From a virus (Duplodnaviria; Caudoviricetes): 50,059 bases of DNA. Position 1 is the first letter of the stretch. Each line of letters starts with the position of its first letter. Below the pieces are notes generated by a model that ran no database searches, had not been told where the DNA came from, and worked only from the letters and a program-made list of their open reading frames with translations. This document shows, in pieces, positions 17,929 to 28,495 of this stretch. Both the position numbers and the translations under genes were made by a program. The DNA is taken from the IMG/VR virus record IMGVR_UViG_3300017747_000841, positions 1 through 50,059 of that record. One strand, written 5' to 3'.

Positions 17929-17952
17929 AAGGCGAGGCAACTCGCCTTTTTT
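17929..17952 (+). terminator. Intrinsic terminator
   Basis: AAGGCGAG-GCAA-CTCGCCTT followed by a T run. Confidence 0.75.
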
Positions 17953-17965
17953 GACCTTTACACCA

Positions 17966-20845
17966 ATGGTAAAACAATTCTATGAGAAAGCCCTGCCGAA
18001 GAGTGGTGTGTACTGTGTTGCTGAGCTTGATAGGAGCAAGCCTAGTGACAAGCAACTGCGCCATCACTTTGCGGATAGCCTAGATGAAGTAATCACAATC
18101 ACGGAGAAGTTGAAGGCAACAGGTAAGTTAGATGTGTATGTAGCTATGGGCACGTTCTCTGGCTACTCACGAAGCGCTAAGTCATGTGTCTACCATAAGT
18201 CGTTCTTTGTCGATCTCGATGTTGGGGAAGATAAAGTCAAGACGAACACAGGCTATGCAACCAAGCAAGAAGCACTCGAAGCGCTTAATAAGTTCATCGC
18301 TGATGCTGATCTGCCGCCGCCGTACAAGGTGGATTCTGGTGTAGGCATTCATGCGTACTGGATCTTTGACGAGGAAATCCCCGCAGATCAGTTCTTGCCG
18401 TATGCGGTGCTGTTCAAGAAGCTGTGCCTTGAGCATCTGAAGTCTGATCCAGTTGCTACTCCTGCTGACCTCGCGCGAATCATGCGCTGGGTAGGTTCGA
18501 CAAACTACAAGCCAACTCCACCGGCTGCTGTGACGGTGCTTGATGACACGCTGATCGAGTATTCGTTCGACGCATTCAAAGAGTTTTTGGGTGAACCGGA
18601 AGAAGAACCCAAGGCTGTCCTCGCTGCTGTATCGAAGGGGCTCGATGAAGATACCAAGGCGATCCTCAAGCTGGACAACTTCAAGCGCACGTTCCAGCAC
18701 CTAGCAGAGAAGAGTTTGACCACAGACGAGGGCTGCGCTCAGATCAAGCACATCCTCACTAACTCAGCTACCTTGGCCGAACCTCTGTGGTGGGCTGGTC
18801 TGTCTATAGCGAAGTTCTGTGATGACGGTCCAGAAGCAATTCATCTAATGTCTGAGGATTACCCAAACTATAGCTATGAAGATACAGAACAGAAGGCAAG
18901 TCGCATTTCTGCTCCAAAGACCTGTAATTGGTTCATCAACAATAACCCCAGCGAGTGCGACAAGTGCCCGCATCGAGGAACCGTCACCACCCCCATCGTC
19001 CTTGCCAGAGAACTTAAAACCTCAGCGCAATTTACCGTCGCGTCAGATTCGTCGGACCCAATTCGGCAAGACACGAATCCCGAAGAGATTTTTACTCTCC
19101 CAGACTTCATGACGAATTTTCGCCGTGGCGAAAGAGGAGGCATCTACTACATACCACCACCGACGACTACCAAGAATGGGCAGAAGAGACAAGACCCACC
19201 CATCCTGCTGATTCCGTATGACATGTACGCGATCCGCAGAATCTACAGCAAGCATGATGGTGAGTGCTTGGTTCTACGCATCGTGTTGCCCAAAGACCCG
19301 CTACGCGAAGTTCTCATGCCGATGAAAACGGTGTACTCGGTAGAGATGTTCAAGGGCTTCATGTCATCAAACGGCGTATTCGTCGCCACACACCACGTAC
19401 CGTATCTCATGGAATACATCATCAAGTGGGGGCAATACCTCCAATCAAAGAACAAGGCAGAAAACATGCGCATGCAGATGGGCTGGACCGCTGATCCCCA
19501 CGATACCGAAGAGTGGGATAAGAAAAGTTTTGTCATTGGCAACATCGAGATAAGTCCGAGTGGGGAAGAGATAGAAACGCCGTCGTCACCTTTCGTGCGG
19601 GGTATCGCTAAACTCATGCACAAAGCAGGTACGTATGAGGCGTGGCGTGAAAGCGCTAACTTCTTAAACACTCCGGGGTTCGAGCTACACGCGATGGCTA
19701 TGCTGTGTGGGTTTGCGTCCCCATTGATGTCGTATACGTCAACTTCAGGCATCAGCATTTGCCTTCATGGACTCTCTGGTAGTGCCAAGACCGGCGCGAT
19801 GTACGCAGGGCTAAGCGCATTCGGACACCCCAAAGACCTGAGCGTGATGGAAAGCACAGAGAACGGTCTGACAGGTCGCTACCTTGGTCTGCATAACTTG
19901 ATGTTCGGCCTTGATGAGATATCGAACAAAGACCCGAAGCTACTGTCGCAGTTGATTCACAAAGTCTCTCACGGAAAGACAAAGATCAGGATGCAGGCGT
20001 CTGTCAATGCTGAACGTGAGCACGAGATGTCGGCGTCACTCATCTGCTTGATGACTACTAATCAATCAGCGATCAGCAAGCTGGAGTCGTTCAAGGTCAA
20101 CCCTGACGGTGAGGCCGCGCGGCTCATAGAGTTTATGGTGACTGAGCATGACCTGCTGAAGAATGTAGAGGGCGCTAAGTTAGGTATGCGTGTGTTCGAC
20201 GCCTTCAACTACAACTACGGTCACGCTGGGCCGATGTTCATCAAAGAAGTGCTCAAGCTTGGCGACCCCGCCATGCGTAAGCTGATAGAGAAGTGGTACA
20301 CGAAGATCCTGAAAGATTTCGGCGGTGGCGCACCCTACCGTTATCACCATAACTACATGTCCGTGCTCGGCGCAGCGGGAGAACTCGCAGCAGAGAAAAA
20401 CATCATCACGCTAGACATTGATCGTGTGTATCACGAAGTCACAGCGCACCTAATCATGATTAGAGATAAGGTAGTGAAGATCAACCGATCTGACTACTCC
20501 GCGTTGCTCGGTGACTACGTTAATAAACACATCAACAACTTCCTTGTCATCAAGAACGGTGCGGTCACGATGGAGCCACGAGGTTCTATCATCGGAAGAA
20601 TCGTAAGTGACGAAGGCACGATGCAGATCTCTAAGACGGAGTTGAAGAAGTACCTCAACGAGCTTGGCGTCAGCGGTCGTGAGTTTGAGTTCGAGATGAA
20701 GGCAAGAGGATTGCTGATCGACGATAAGAAGGGGAGGCTGACTACAGGTTGGAAGTCAGCGATCCAAGTAGACCCCGCTTATCTGTATTGGTTCAAGACC
20801 GAAGTACCTGACGAGCTTATTGATGGCACCGAATCAGATACTTGA
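17966..20845 (+). CDS. Primase-helicase (AEP/RepB-like primase, Cys-rich domain, DUF927-type helicase)
   Basis: FVDLD, SGVGIHAYW, CxxCPH cluster, Walker A GLSGSAKT, Walker B GLDE, TTN. Confidence 0.85.
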   Translation: MVKQFYEKALPKSGVYCVAELDRSKPSDKQLRHHFADSLDEVITITEKLKATGKLDVYVAMGTFSGYSRSAKSCVYHKSFFVDLDVGEDKVKTNTGYATKQEALEALNKFIADADLPPPYKVDSGVGIHAYWIFDEEIPADQFLPYAVLFKKLCLEHLKSDPVATPADLARIMRWVGSTNYKPTPPAAVTVLDDTLIEYSFDAFKEFLGEPEEEPKAVLAAVSKGLDEDTKAILKLDNFKRTFQHLAEKSLTTDEGCAQIKHILTNSATLAEPLWWAGLSIAKFCDDGPEAIHLMSEDYPNYSYEDTEQKASRISAPKTCNWFINNNPSECDKCPHRGTVTTPIVLARELKTSAQFTVASDSSDPIRQDTNPEEIFTLPDFMTNFRRGERGGIYYIPPPTTTKNGQKRQDPPILLIPYDMYAIRRIYSKHDGECLVLRIVLPKDPLREVLMPMKTVYSVEMFKGFMSSNGVFVATHHVPYLMEYIIKWGQYLQSKNKAENMRMQMGWTADPHDTEEWDKKSFVIGNIEISPSGEEIETPSSPFVRGIAKLMHKAGTYEAWRESANFLNTPGFELHAMAMLCGFASPLMSYTSTSGISICLHGLSGSAKTGAMYAGLSAFGHPKDLSVMESTENGLTGRYLGLHNLMFGLDEISNKDPKLLSQLIHKVSHGKTKIRMQASVNAEREHEMSASLICLMTTNQSAISKLESFKVNPDGEAARLIEFMVTEHDLLKNVEGAKLGMRVFDAFNYNYGHAGPMFIKEVLKLGDPAMRKLIEKWYTKILKDFGGGAPYRYHHNYMSVLGAAGELAAEKNIITLDIDRVYHEVTAHLIMIRDKVVKINRSDYSALLGDYVNKHINNFLVIKNGAVTMEPRGSIIGRIVSDEGTMQISKTELKKYLNELGVSGREFEFEMKARGLLIDDKKGRLTTGWKSAIQVDPAYLYWFKTEVPDELIDGTESDT

Positions 20846-21029
20846 ACCTGAGTGGGTTTTTCCTTTCCAATGGATGCAGATCGGGGATAGCTTCTTCGTC
20901 CCTACTCTGCGTCCTGCGGAAATGATCTACACGATTGACTCCGGCGCAAAACGCGCCGGTATCCGAGTCAAGTGTTACGTCACGCACAAGGACAAACACT
21001 TGGGCGTTCGCGTATGGAGAATCCGTTAG
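20823..21029 (+). CDS. Small conserved phage protein, putative DNA-binding
   Basis: PF..MxIGDSFFVP...GVRVWR motif; last gene of the + arm. Confidence 0.7.
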   Translation: MAPNQILEPEWVFPFQWMQIGDSFFVPTLRPAEMIYTIDSGAKRAGIRVKCYVTHKDKHLGVRVWRIR

Positions 21030-24000
21030 GGTTCTACGCCGTAGGCTTTGAACGTCTCGATCATCCGGCGCTTAATGATGTTCTGCTGGAGAGTCAGAGT
21101 GTCGAGCCACGCTTTACGATCACCTTGCGACAGCTCACTCATGCGGCGCACTTCGTTTGCTCGCTGCCGTAGCTGGTTGAGTTCCCCACCAACCTGTGAG
21201 TTGTACATCTGCACGATGGTCTCATCGAGCGGGTTCTCTGCACGGTAGCGAGCCGCGATCTCGGGCTTCATCTGCTGCGTGTCGAACATCTTGAGGATGC
21301 GCTCTTTCTCTTGAATCTTACGTTCGATAGCGGTGAACTCACGCGAGTCCACATTGGACCGCGCCCCGAAGAACGAACCCATGAGCGGTAGGTCAGTCTT
21401 GGGGTTGAATCCCTTCGCGCCGCTGCCCAACGCATAGATACCAGTTAGCCCCTCAGCTATACGGAACGGACCATCCATGTAGCTGTTAGCCAAGAAGTAC
21501 AGCGAGTTCGGGCTGATATCAAACTTACCGTTGCTCTTCTCTGCAAAGTATGCAGAGGCATCCTTATACATCTCGGGGATCTTGTCACCCGCCGTGTATG
21601 CGTCGCCCATCCTGCGGTTGCGGTCGTTGTAGATGTCCTGACCAAGACCGTTCTTGTTGAGCGCAAACTCTAGCAGAGGACGGACCGCGCTAGGTGCCAC
21701 AGAGTCAAGCACGAACTCAAGCGGCATTTCTTTGACCGGCATACGAGAGACAGGGATGGGGATGAACGAGTCCAGCGAGATCTGCGTAAAGATGTTCGCC
21801 ATCGCATCGCCAAGAGACTGCCCGGACCCCGCCACCACAGACATCATCTGGGCACCCGACGCTGCGAACGCACCCAGACCGAAGCCCCACGGCATCTGAA
21901 GAATCACAGGCTCCTGAATGCCCATCGCACGAGTGATACTCCTCGGGATGTGGAACCGCGCAAAGCGAGTCCATTGCTGCATGTTATCCGTAGCTACAGC
22001 ATTGCGCCCAAGCTCATCGTCGTCTGAAGTCATCAACGCCATCAAGTAAGCAACAGCGCCAAGCGCGGTCAGACCTGTCGCCATGATCCGAGCATTCTTC
22101 TGACGCTCTTTGAAGTTCTTGATAAACGTCTCTCTAGCCGCCGCATTACCCTTGATGGACTCAGGCAACGAATCAACAAGCGCGTCAATGTTGAAAGTAA
22201 ACGCAGGAGCAATTGCCTCAATTGCACGCACAGCGCCCGTTGCCGCAGGTCTGATAAACATATAGAGAGCGCCGAGACCACGACCAAGATCACCAACCTG
22301 CTCAAAGTTGGCGAGGTTCTTCACGTAGGCTGCTGCTTCCTGATTGACTTCGAGCATCTGCTCTGGTGTAGCGGTAGCTTCAGTAAGTCCACGCTTGGTC
22401 AAGGTGTTCTGCCTGACAACAGCAAACGCAGCCGAGCGGCTGGCGATCTCGAACATGTCGTTCCAGATGTCGAGGAACTGTTCGAGCTGCTCCTTCTTCT
22501 TCATGATGCCCGAGCGTCCGATCTCTTTGTGCAGACGCTGGAAGTTAGACTTCAGAGAGATGCCCTGAATGTAGGACACCATGCCGCCAGTCTCGATGTA
22601 ATCGAGCATGTCTCTAATATAAGAGTCTTTAGCGGCAAGCTGATTAAGTTGCGCTCTATCTTCTGCCTTACCCGTGCCGTAGAGCGTTGCTACGCGCATC
22701 GCCTTGTAGAGACCATTACCTGCAACTACACGAGTAGAAACTTCTCTGAGGAAGGCAGCAGCTTTAGCTGGCCCCATATCCGCACCGATGGTGAACGCAT
22801 TGGTCAGCGCATCGCGCACGAAGTTAAGAGGCGCAAACTGATAGTTGTACCGAGTATGGAGCTGACCCAATCCGCTAGTGATGTTGTTAGCGATATCAAC
22901 CAGAGGATTAGTGTCGTCGTATGTACGCCTGATAGCGTGCAGCATCACATCGTCATCAATGACAAGGACATCAATTGAACCATCAGGGTTGTGGTGCAAG
23001 AGGGTTTTCTCTGCCTTGGCTTTTTGTAGCTCTTCGTTATTTCGGTCAGTAAACGGAATGTGAGCTTTCACATAGCCTTTGATAAGGCCGGTGCCGTTGG
23101 GATTCTTTTCCGGGTCGTTCTTCAGCGAATTCTTAATCGCAAGCGATACATCAACAGATCCAGCACGCATGGCGCTGCGCACGGAATCAGCTACTAGCTG
23201 CAAAACCGGGTTGTTAGATACCGAGGCGCGGCCATACATCTTGAAGTCGATGTCTTGGTGCTCTTTACCGCGAATCCTCTCGTAGTCAAGCTTTTCTTCG
23301 ATGATCTCTTGGTATGAGTTCTTGGGAGCCTTACCCTTCTCTAGACCCTTCATCGGCACGTAGTGCTTCCAGTCATAGAAGTTGGCGTAGTTATTGACGG
23401 GCGGCGTCCAATGGTTACCTAGCTTATTAAGTTCTTTAGTAGCGTCCCTGATGTCACCCATGATCTTGAGCACATCGTCAATCTTTTCTTTCTGAGGATG
23501 CTTCTCGTAGTCCTCTCTATTCTTAGCCATAGCTTCAGGAGAGTTAGATGTGACTACGTAGGCTTCGCTATTTATGTCGGTGGAGAACTCAGCGACTTCC
23601 CCTTTTTTATTCTTACGCGGGTTACCTTCAGAGTCGAGACTAGCAACCGTATACCCACGCGAATCTACGTTCTTGGTCAGGTTACTTTCACTTGTGTCTA
23701 GGATAAGTCCCGTTTTGGGATCTTTAGCCGTGTTCTTAAAGACAATCCCATCAAGCTCATTGCGCAGCGCAAGCGCTTGCTGCTTGGTTAGGTTAGGCGT
23801 CCCTTCCAACAGTTTAATGATGTCGTTACGGCGATCAGCAGGGCTGATGCGCGTGCCGTTGATCTGAAGCGTTTGCTCTGTAGTAAGCGGCACCATCATC
23901 AGATACTTAATCATCCGGCGCTCAGGCTCGTGCAGACTCTCGCTGAGTATGTGCATAAACGTAAGCGTGTCGTCTGTATTCTTACCGGTTGCTTTGGCTA

Positions 24001-27000
24001 GATTAGCAATTGCTACGTCGAGCGCGTCGATGTGACGCTTTAGATCACGGTTGTATAGATCTCTAGACCTGCCTGAAGCCAGCACGATCTGGGTATAGAT
24101 GTTGTTAATCTTACCGCGCTCGGTGACGATAAGACCCGCAAGACGCATGGCGTTTTCCCATGCGTGTACAGCGTAACGGCTGTTCTGTACTTTAGTGGCG
24201 AGATACCTAAAGCCGGGACGGCTCCAGAAGTACTTCTTCACCCAGTTAGAAGAGCGCGGCTTTTCTCCGGGCTGGAGCTTATACAGATCCGCGCCTTCGC
24301 CTGTACCGTCAAGGGTTACACTAGTACCGGCACCGGGTGCCTTCTTAGTTTTTTGTTGGAATACAGAGGGTTTACCCATCGCGCCAGTCGCTTGCGGCGG
24401 CGAGAAGATCGTGTCGGTAACGGCAACCAACGCATCGAACATTGACTTGGGCGTGTCGATACCCAGCATGTTCAACAGAACACGCTTAAAACCTTCCCAT
24501 GCGTTAGTGAACTTCCACCGGAACGTAGACAGACCTTTCCGCAACGCAGGGTTAGTTAGACCCTCAACCATGAACTCTTTTACGTTGTTGTAAGCCGGAG
24601 TACCCGGCTTCACCAGACCAAGTTGCTTAGCGCGGTTGTGCAACGCTTTGAGTTCAGCAATAGCCGTGCGCTGGTCTTGAGTGAGCGTCTTGGGATCAGC
24701 ATTGAGTATAAGCTCAGTACCGGCGTGTACGCCCTCGTGCAGAACGGTCTCTTCGTTGAGCCCTTCTTTAGAATCAAGATAGATATACCGACCGTTAGGT
24801 GACGCACCACCAGCGACGGGGTTGCCGTCGTTATCCGTCAGACCATCCCGAATAACTGTCTGTGTGTTGCGCAACAGAGGGATAAGGCGCTGTGCCAGCA
24901 GTCGGTCGAATGCGGTCTTACTGTTCTCGGCTATATCAGATAGCGCAGCGCTAAGGTTATTGTCTTTTAGCTCGTTGACTGCGTTTTCAGTCAGCGGGAT
25001 CTCACCACCCTCGCGGGAAAGCTCGCCAATACTATCTTCGTCGTAGCCAGCTTCCTCAGCTTCTTTGATGTCTTTGAGAATAGCTTTAGGATTAAAAGCA
25101 GCCGCTTCTTTTGCCGCTATGTTCCCTTCAGCCTCGGCACGGGCGCGCTCTTTCTCATTTCGCTCCCTTAGATCTTTATCAACTTTGCTTACAAGAGCAA
25201 TATCAGCTTTTTCTTGTTTAGCTGGGGCATTAGCAATGTCGGCGGCTATTTTTTCTTGGTTAGCTTTTACGGCAGCGGCACGGGCCTCTTCTACCTCTTT
25301 CGCCTTAGCTTCTATGTCTGCTTGTTTCTGTTCATAGTCGATGATGGTTTCTAGTTTTTCTTTTACTTGAGTTCGGCCATCAATGGTAATGCTACCCAAC
25401 AAAGCTTTTGCGTTATCTAGATCAACTTTAGTATAAGGATCGCTTTCACTAATACGGGCACGATCAACCGTAAGTTTTTCAGGTTTGGTTTGTCTGAGCG
25501 CGGAAAGATCTGCGGGGGCGTAGTAATAGATTAGTGAAGCAATGTCGTTATAAACTTTAGACGACACTTCATCGGCCAGTTTAGTAGATGGCTTGCCAGA
25601 CTCCCACATCTCACGAGCATCAACAGACAGCATCGTATATGGGATATTGTCAGCCGTGTATTTATTCCACGCCAAAGCTGAGTTAGCTACATTACTAACA
25701 ATTAGCAGTTTCTGAAACGGTATAACTTCTTTTGGTAGAGTAATACCAAAATACTTAGCTACTGAGTTAACCTGCAATAGATTAACTTTCCTGCTTTTTG
25801 TCATGTCTACTAGAGACTTAGTAATAGTCTCTAACTTAGATTTTTCCTGTAGTTTTACCGGGCTTTCTTTTTCAGCTTCGCGCTTAGCTTTCTTAGCTTG
25901 ACCCTGCTTTGTTAGTTCTTCGTGTTTAGCTATGCGCTTCTTTCTGCTTTCCTCGGCAATTGCGGCGTCTTTAGCGGCTTTGGCCTCAAGCTGCTTTTTT
26001 TGCTCTTCTTGGCGACTTTCTTCCTGCTCTTTAGTCAGCACGACTTTTTTAGCAGGCGTTTTAGCTAAATCTGCGTAAGCTTTATCGTAAGCTTCTTTTC
26101 TTACTGCTTGTAGATTTTGCCTGAGGACGTTATTAAATACTTTGCCGTAAGCTGAGCTGTAGATAGCTTGAGCTGATTTATCGGTAAGTACTTTATTTTG
26201 AGCTTCTGCCTCAGCTTTTGCTTTGCTTACTTTTTCCTCAGCCGCCACACGAGCGGCTTTCATTGCCTCTTCTTCGGCTTTAGGCGTAGCTTCATCAACG
26301 GCTTTATCGGCAATTACATTTGCACGACTGGCGCGAGACTGCCCTACCGCCTCAGTTAATTTAATGGGCGCAGCAGGAGCGGCGGGGATATTTTCAGCAG
26401 CACTACGTTCACGCAGCACCACCGGCACATCTTTAATGCCAAGCTCTTGTGCTGCGACAAGTGTGTCGCCGCCTTCAAATACTTCCAGATTACCAGCGCT
26501 ATCTTGTGTTACAACGACAGGCTCAGTGATACCGTTTTCGCTTATACGTTGTTTTAGCGCAGCATACTTATCATCCTTGACCACCTTACTTCTACTAGGA
26601 AGTGTAAGAAGATCTTCCAGCGAAACAGATTCAGAAGTAGTAGGAGCGGTAGGAGCAGTAGGCGTGACCGTAGGAGCGGTCGCTTTGATTTCAGCTTTAG
26701 GAGCAGTAGGAGTGGTCGCGGCCTTAGCTAGTTCGCTAGGTTTTTTGTTAGGGAAAACAAACTCATCAGGCCCGTTATGACCTTGCGCAGCGTTTTTCCC
26801 TATTACTTCTGCCGGGAGATCAATGGAAACGACGTTTCCATACTTAGCGGCTTTATTTGGATCACTTGTCCACCATTGACCGTCTTGGTCGTTTTGCGCG
26901 TTTTCGCCACGATACAACGTAACCGTTGTACCGGGCTGTAAAGTTTGTAGGGTTGTATATGTAGGGGTAGTAGCAGGCGCAGCTTCAGGAATAGGAGCAG

Positions 27001-28492
27001 TTGGCTTCTTGGGTTTGAGCCGTGCTTTTATAGCCTCAAGACTTTCCTCTTCTTCGACGACGGACGCAGCAGGGGTTTCAGTAGCCGGAGTTTCAGTAGC
27101 AGGGGTTTCAGCAGCGGGAGGCATCGGCTCAAGGTTGAGCGGAGGCGCGGGTGTGCTTATCGGGATCTGAACTTCGGGTTCTGCGGGTGTCTCGGGCGTA
27201 GCGGGAGTTTGCGCCGCCTGTTGTTGCGCTTGCTGTGCAGCAATCGCTTGAGCGACTTGAGCATCCCTCTCGAACTTACTTCTCGCCCCACCGACCGTAG
27301 CAGCCGGAGCCACCATCGCATATGAACCAGCGGCGGCGTTGATGTATTCCCTTAAAGCTTCAGCATCAGCGAGATCAAGCTGTGCGCCGAATCTTTCGGC
27401 AACGGTCTGTACCAGCTCGACCGGAACTTCTTTCGTGCCAGTCTTAGCGATGTTTTTAACAATCTCAGCGACGATGCCATTTGTAATACTAAATTTAGCT
27501 TGAGGAGCAGCTTCAGCGAATTTCTTAGCCGCAGCGATTTCTTCAGGCGTAGATCCGGTAGGCTTAATAGCCTTCATCATGATCCGGTCGCCAAGGAACT
27601 CAGCAGCGGCATGGATAACGGCGGTGGGCAGCACACGAGCAACGGAAATATCTTCTACGTTCTCGCCTCTGCGCTCTGCTTCTTCCGCAGCGCGGCCTGT
27701 CACCTCACCAGCACCACGCACACCAGCCGTACTAGCAAGTGCAGCAATCTGTCCGTAATGCTTAGAACCTTCCTTTATATACCCACTACGCAGCGCGGCG
27801 TCTGCGCCTTCGGCTAGGATTTTCTTAGTCTCTGCCTGAATGAATGCTTCGCCAGCGGCTTCGCCACTTTCTTTGACGATCTTCTCCGCCGCTTCTTGAA
27901 TGCCTTTCTTAGCAAGACCTTTAGCGACGAAACCAGTTAGCGCCCCGCCCGCCGTACCGGGACCGGGAGCCGCAGCACTACCAGCCAGCGCACCAGCAAG
28001 CGCAGTAACAGCAGCCTCGCCAATATTGGCGACACCTTGACCCATCATGTACGGGAGCCAGTCAAAGACTACGCTACCGATACCCTTTTCCCACGCCTTA
28101 GTAACATCATCAGCTTCACGAACGGTAGTCTGAGTCTCAGCGGCTTTCATCCGCTCGATACCGCTCTGGATCATCCCCCGCCCAGTTTCCTCAGCGCCAA
28201 GATTCTGAAGAACACGTCCAGCCAGAACCCCAGCACCGCCGAGGGTCTGCTTTAGTTGCGGAAGATAATTAGTGATGCCCCGAACAAAATCGCTAGAGGT
28301 ATCGCTATCTGCAAGTACTCGCGGCCCGGTCTGAGGAGGCGTTACGGGAGCGGCGGGCTGAAACCCAATACGACTATAGAAGTCACTTTTGTTGATATCT
28401 GAGTAGTATTTATTGTGCAGTCTATCAGCCAACTCCTGATCTGACATATCGTCGTACTGAGGATAAGCCTCTCGGAATTCAGCGAGCTTCAT
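21026..28492 (-). CDS. Large polyvalent virion/ejection protein (ART-like, ParB-like, zincin, LPD38-like domains)
   Basis: 2488 aa; LYRG..WTS..E; ParB-like ISENGITEPVVV..EG..AAQELGIKDVPV; HEGVH..KEF; C-terminal QMPWGFG region. Confidence 0.8.
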   Translation of the reverse strand: MKLAEFREAYPQYDDMSDQELADRLHNKYYSDINKSDFYSRIGFQPAAPVTPPQTGPRVLADSDTSSDFVRGITNYLPQLKQTLGGAGVLAGRVLQNLGAEETGRGMIQSGIERMKAAETQTTVREADDVTKAWEKGIGSVVFDWLPYMMGQGVANIGEAAVTALAGALAGSAAAPGPGTAGGALTGFVAKGLAKKGIQEAAEKIVKESGEAAGEAFIQAETKKILAEGADAALRSGYIKEGSKHYGQIAALASTAGVRGAGEVTGRAAEEAERRGENVEDISVARVLPTAVIHAAAEFLGDRIMMKAIKPTGSTPEEIAAAKKFAEAAPQAKFSITNGIVAEIVKNIAKTGTKEVPVELVQTVAERFGAQLDLADAEALREYINAAAGSYAMVAPAATVGGARSKFERDAQVAQAIAAQQAQQQAAQTPATPETPAEPEVQIPISTPAPPLNLEPMPPAAETPATETPATETPAASVVEEEESLEAIKARLKPKKPTAPIPEAAPATTPTYTTLQTLQPGTTVTLYRGENAQNDQDGQWWTSDPNKAAKYGNVVSIDLPAEVIGKNAAQGHNGPDEFVFPNKKPSELAKAATTPTAPKAEIKATAPTVTPTAPTAPTTSESVSLEDLLTLPSRSKVVKDDKYAALKQRISENGITEPVVVTQDSAGNLEVFEGGDTLVAAQELGIKDVPVVLRERSAAENIPAAPAAPIKLTEAVGQSRASRANVIADKAVDEATPKAEEEAMKAARVAAEEKVSKAKAEAEAQNKVLTDKSAQAIYSSAYGKVFNNVLRQNLQAVRKEAYDKAYADLAKTPAKKVVLTKEQEESRQEEQKKQLEAKAAKDAAIAEESRKKRIAKHEELTKQGQAKKAKREAEKESPVKLQEKSKLETITKSLVDMTKSRKVNLLQVNSVAKYFGITLPKEVIPFQKLLIVSNVANSALAWNKYTADNIPYTMLSVDAREMWESGKPSTKLADEVSSKVYNDIASLIYYYAPADLSALRQTKPEKLTVDRARISESDPYTKVDLDNAKALLGSITIDGRTQVKEKLETIIDYEQKQADIEAKAKEVEEARAAAVKANQEKIAADIANAPAKQEKADIALVSKVDKDLRERNEKERARAEAEGNIAAKEAAAFNPKAILKDIKEAEEAGYDEDSIGELSREGGEIPLTENAVNELKDNNLSAALSDIAENSKTAFDRLLAQRLIPLLRNTQTVIRDGLTDNDGNPVAGGASPNGRYIYLDSKEGLNEETVLHEGVHAGTELILNADPKTLTQDQRTAIAELKALHNRAKQLGLVKPGTPAYNNVKEFMVEGLTNPALRKGLSTFRWKFTNAWEGFKRVLLNMLGIDTPKSMFDALVAVTDTIFSPPQATGAMGKPSVFQQKTKKAPGAGTSVTLDGTGEGADLYKLQPGEKPRSSNWVKKYFWSRPGFRYLATKVQNSRYAVHAWENAMRLAGLIVTERGKINNIYTQIVLASGRSRDLYNRDLKRHIDALDVAIANLAKATGKNTDDTLTFMHILSESLHEPERRMIKYLMMVPLTTEQTLQINGTRISPADRRNDIIKLLEGTPNLTKQQALALRNELDGIVFKNTAKDPKTGLILDTSESNLTKNVDSRGYTVASLDSEGNPRKNKKGEVAEFSTDINSEAYVVTSNSPEAMAKNREDYEKHPQKEKIDDVLKIMGDIRDATKELNKLGNHWTPPVNNYANFYDWKHYVPMKGLEKGKAPKNSYQEIIEEKLDYERIRGKEHQDIDFKMYGRASVSNNPVLQLVADSVRSAMRAGSVDVSLAIKNSLKNDPEKNPNGTGLIKGYVKAHIPFTDRNNEELQKAKAEKTLLHHNPDGSIDVLVIDDDVMLHAIRRTYDDTNPLVDIANNITSGLGQLHTRYNYQFAPLNFVRDALTNAFTIGADMGPAKAAAFLREVSTRVVAGNGLYKAMRVATLYGTGKAEDRAQLNQLAAKDSYIRDMLDYIETGGMVSYIQGISLKSNFQRLHKEIGRSGIMKKKEQLEQFLDIWNDMFEIASRSAAFAVVRQNTLTKRGLTEATATPEQMLEVNQEAAAYVKNLANFEQVGDLGRGLGALYMFIRPAATGAVRAIEAIAPAFTFNIDALVDSLPESIKGNAAARETFIKNFKERQKNARIMATGLTALGAVAYLMALMTSDDDELGRNAVATDNMQQWTRFARFHIPRSITRAMGIQEPVILQMPWGFGLGAFAASGAQMMSVVAGSGQSLGDAMANIFTQISLDSFIPIPVSRMPVKEMPLEFVLDSVAPSAVRPLLEFALNKNGLGQDIYNDRNRRMGDAYTAGDKIPEMYKDASAYFAEKSNGKFDISPNSLYFLANSYMDGPFRIAEGLTGIYALGSGAKGFNPKTDLPLMGSFFGARSNVDSREFTAIERKIQEKERILKMFDTQQMKPEIAARYRAENPLDETIVQMYNSQVGGELNQLRQRANEVRRMSELSQGDRKAWLDTLTLQQNIIKRRMIETFKAYGVEP

Positions 28493-28495
28493 TAT

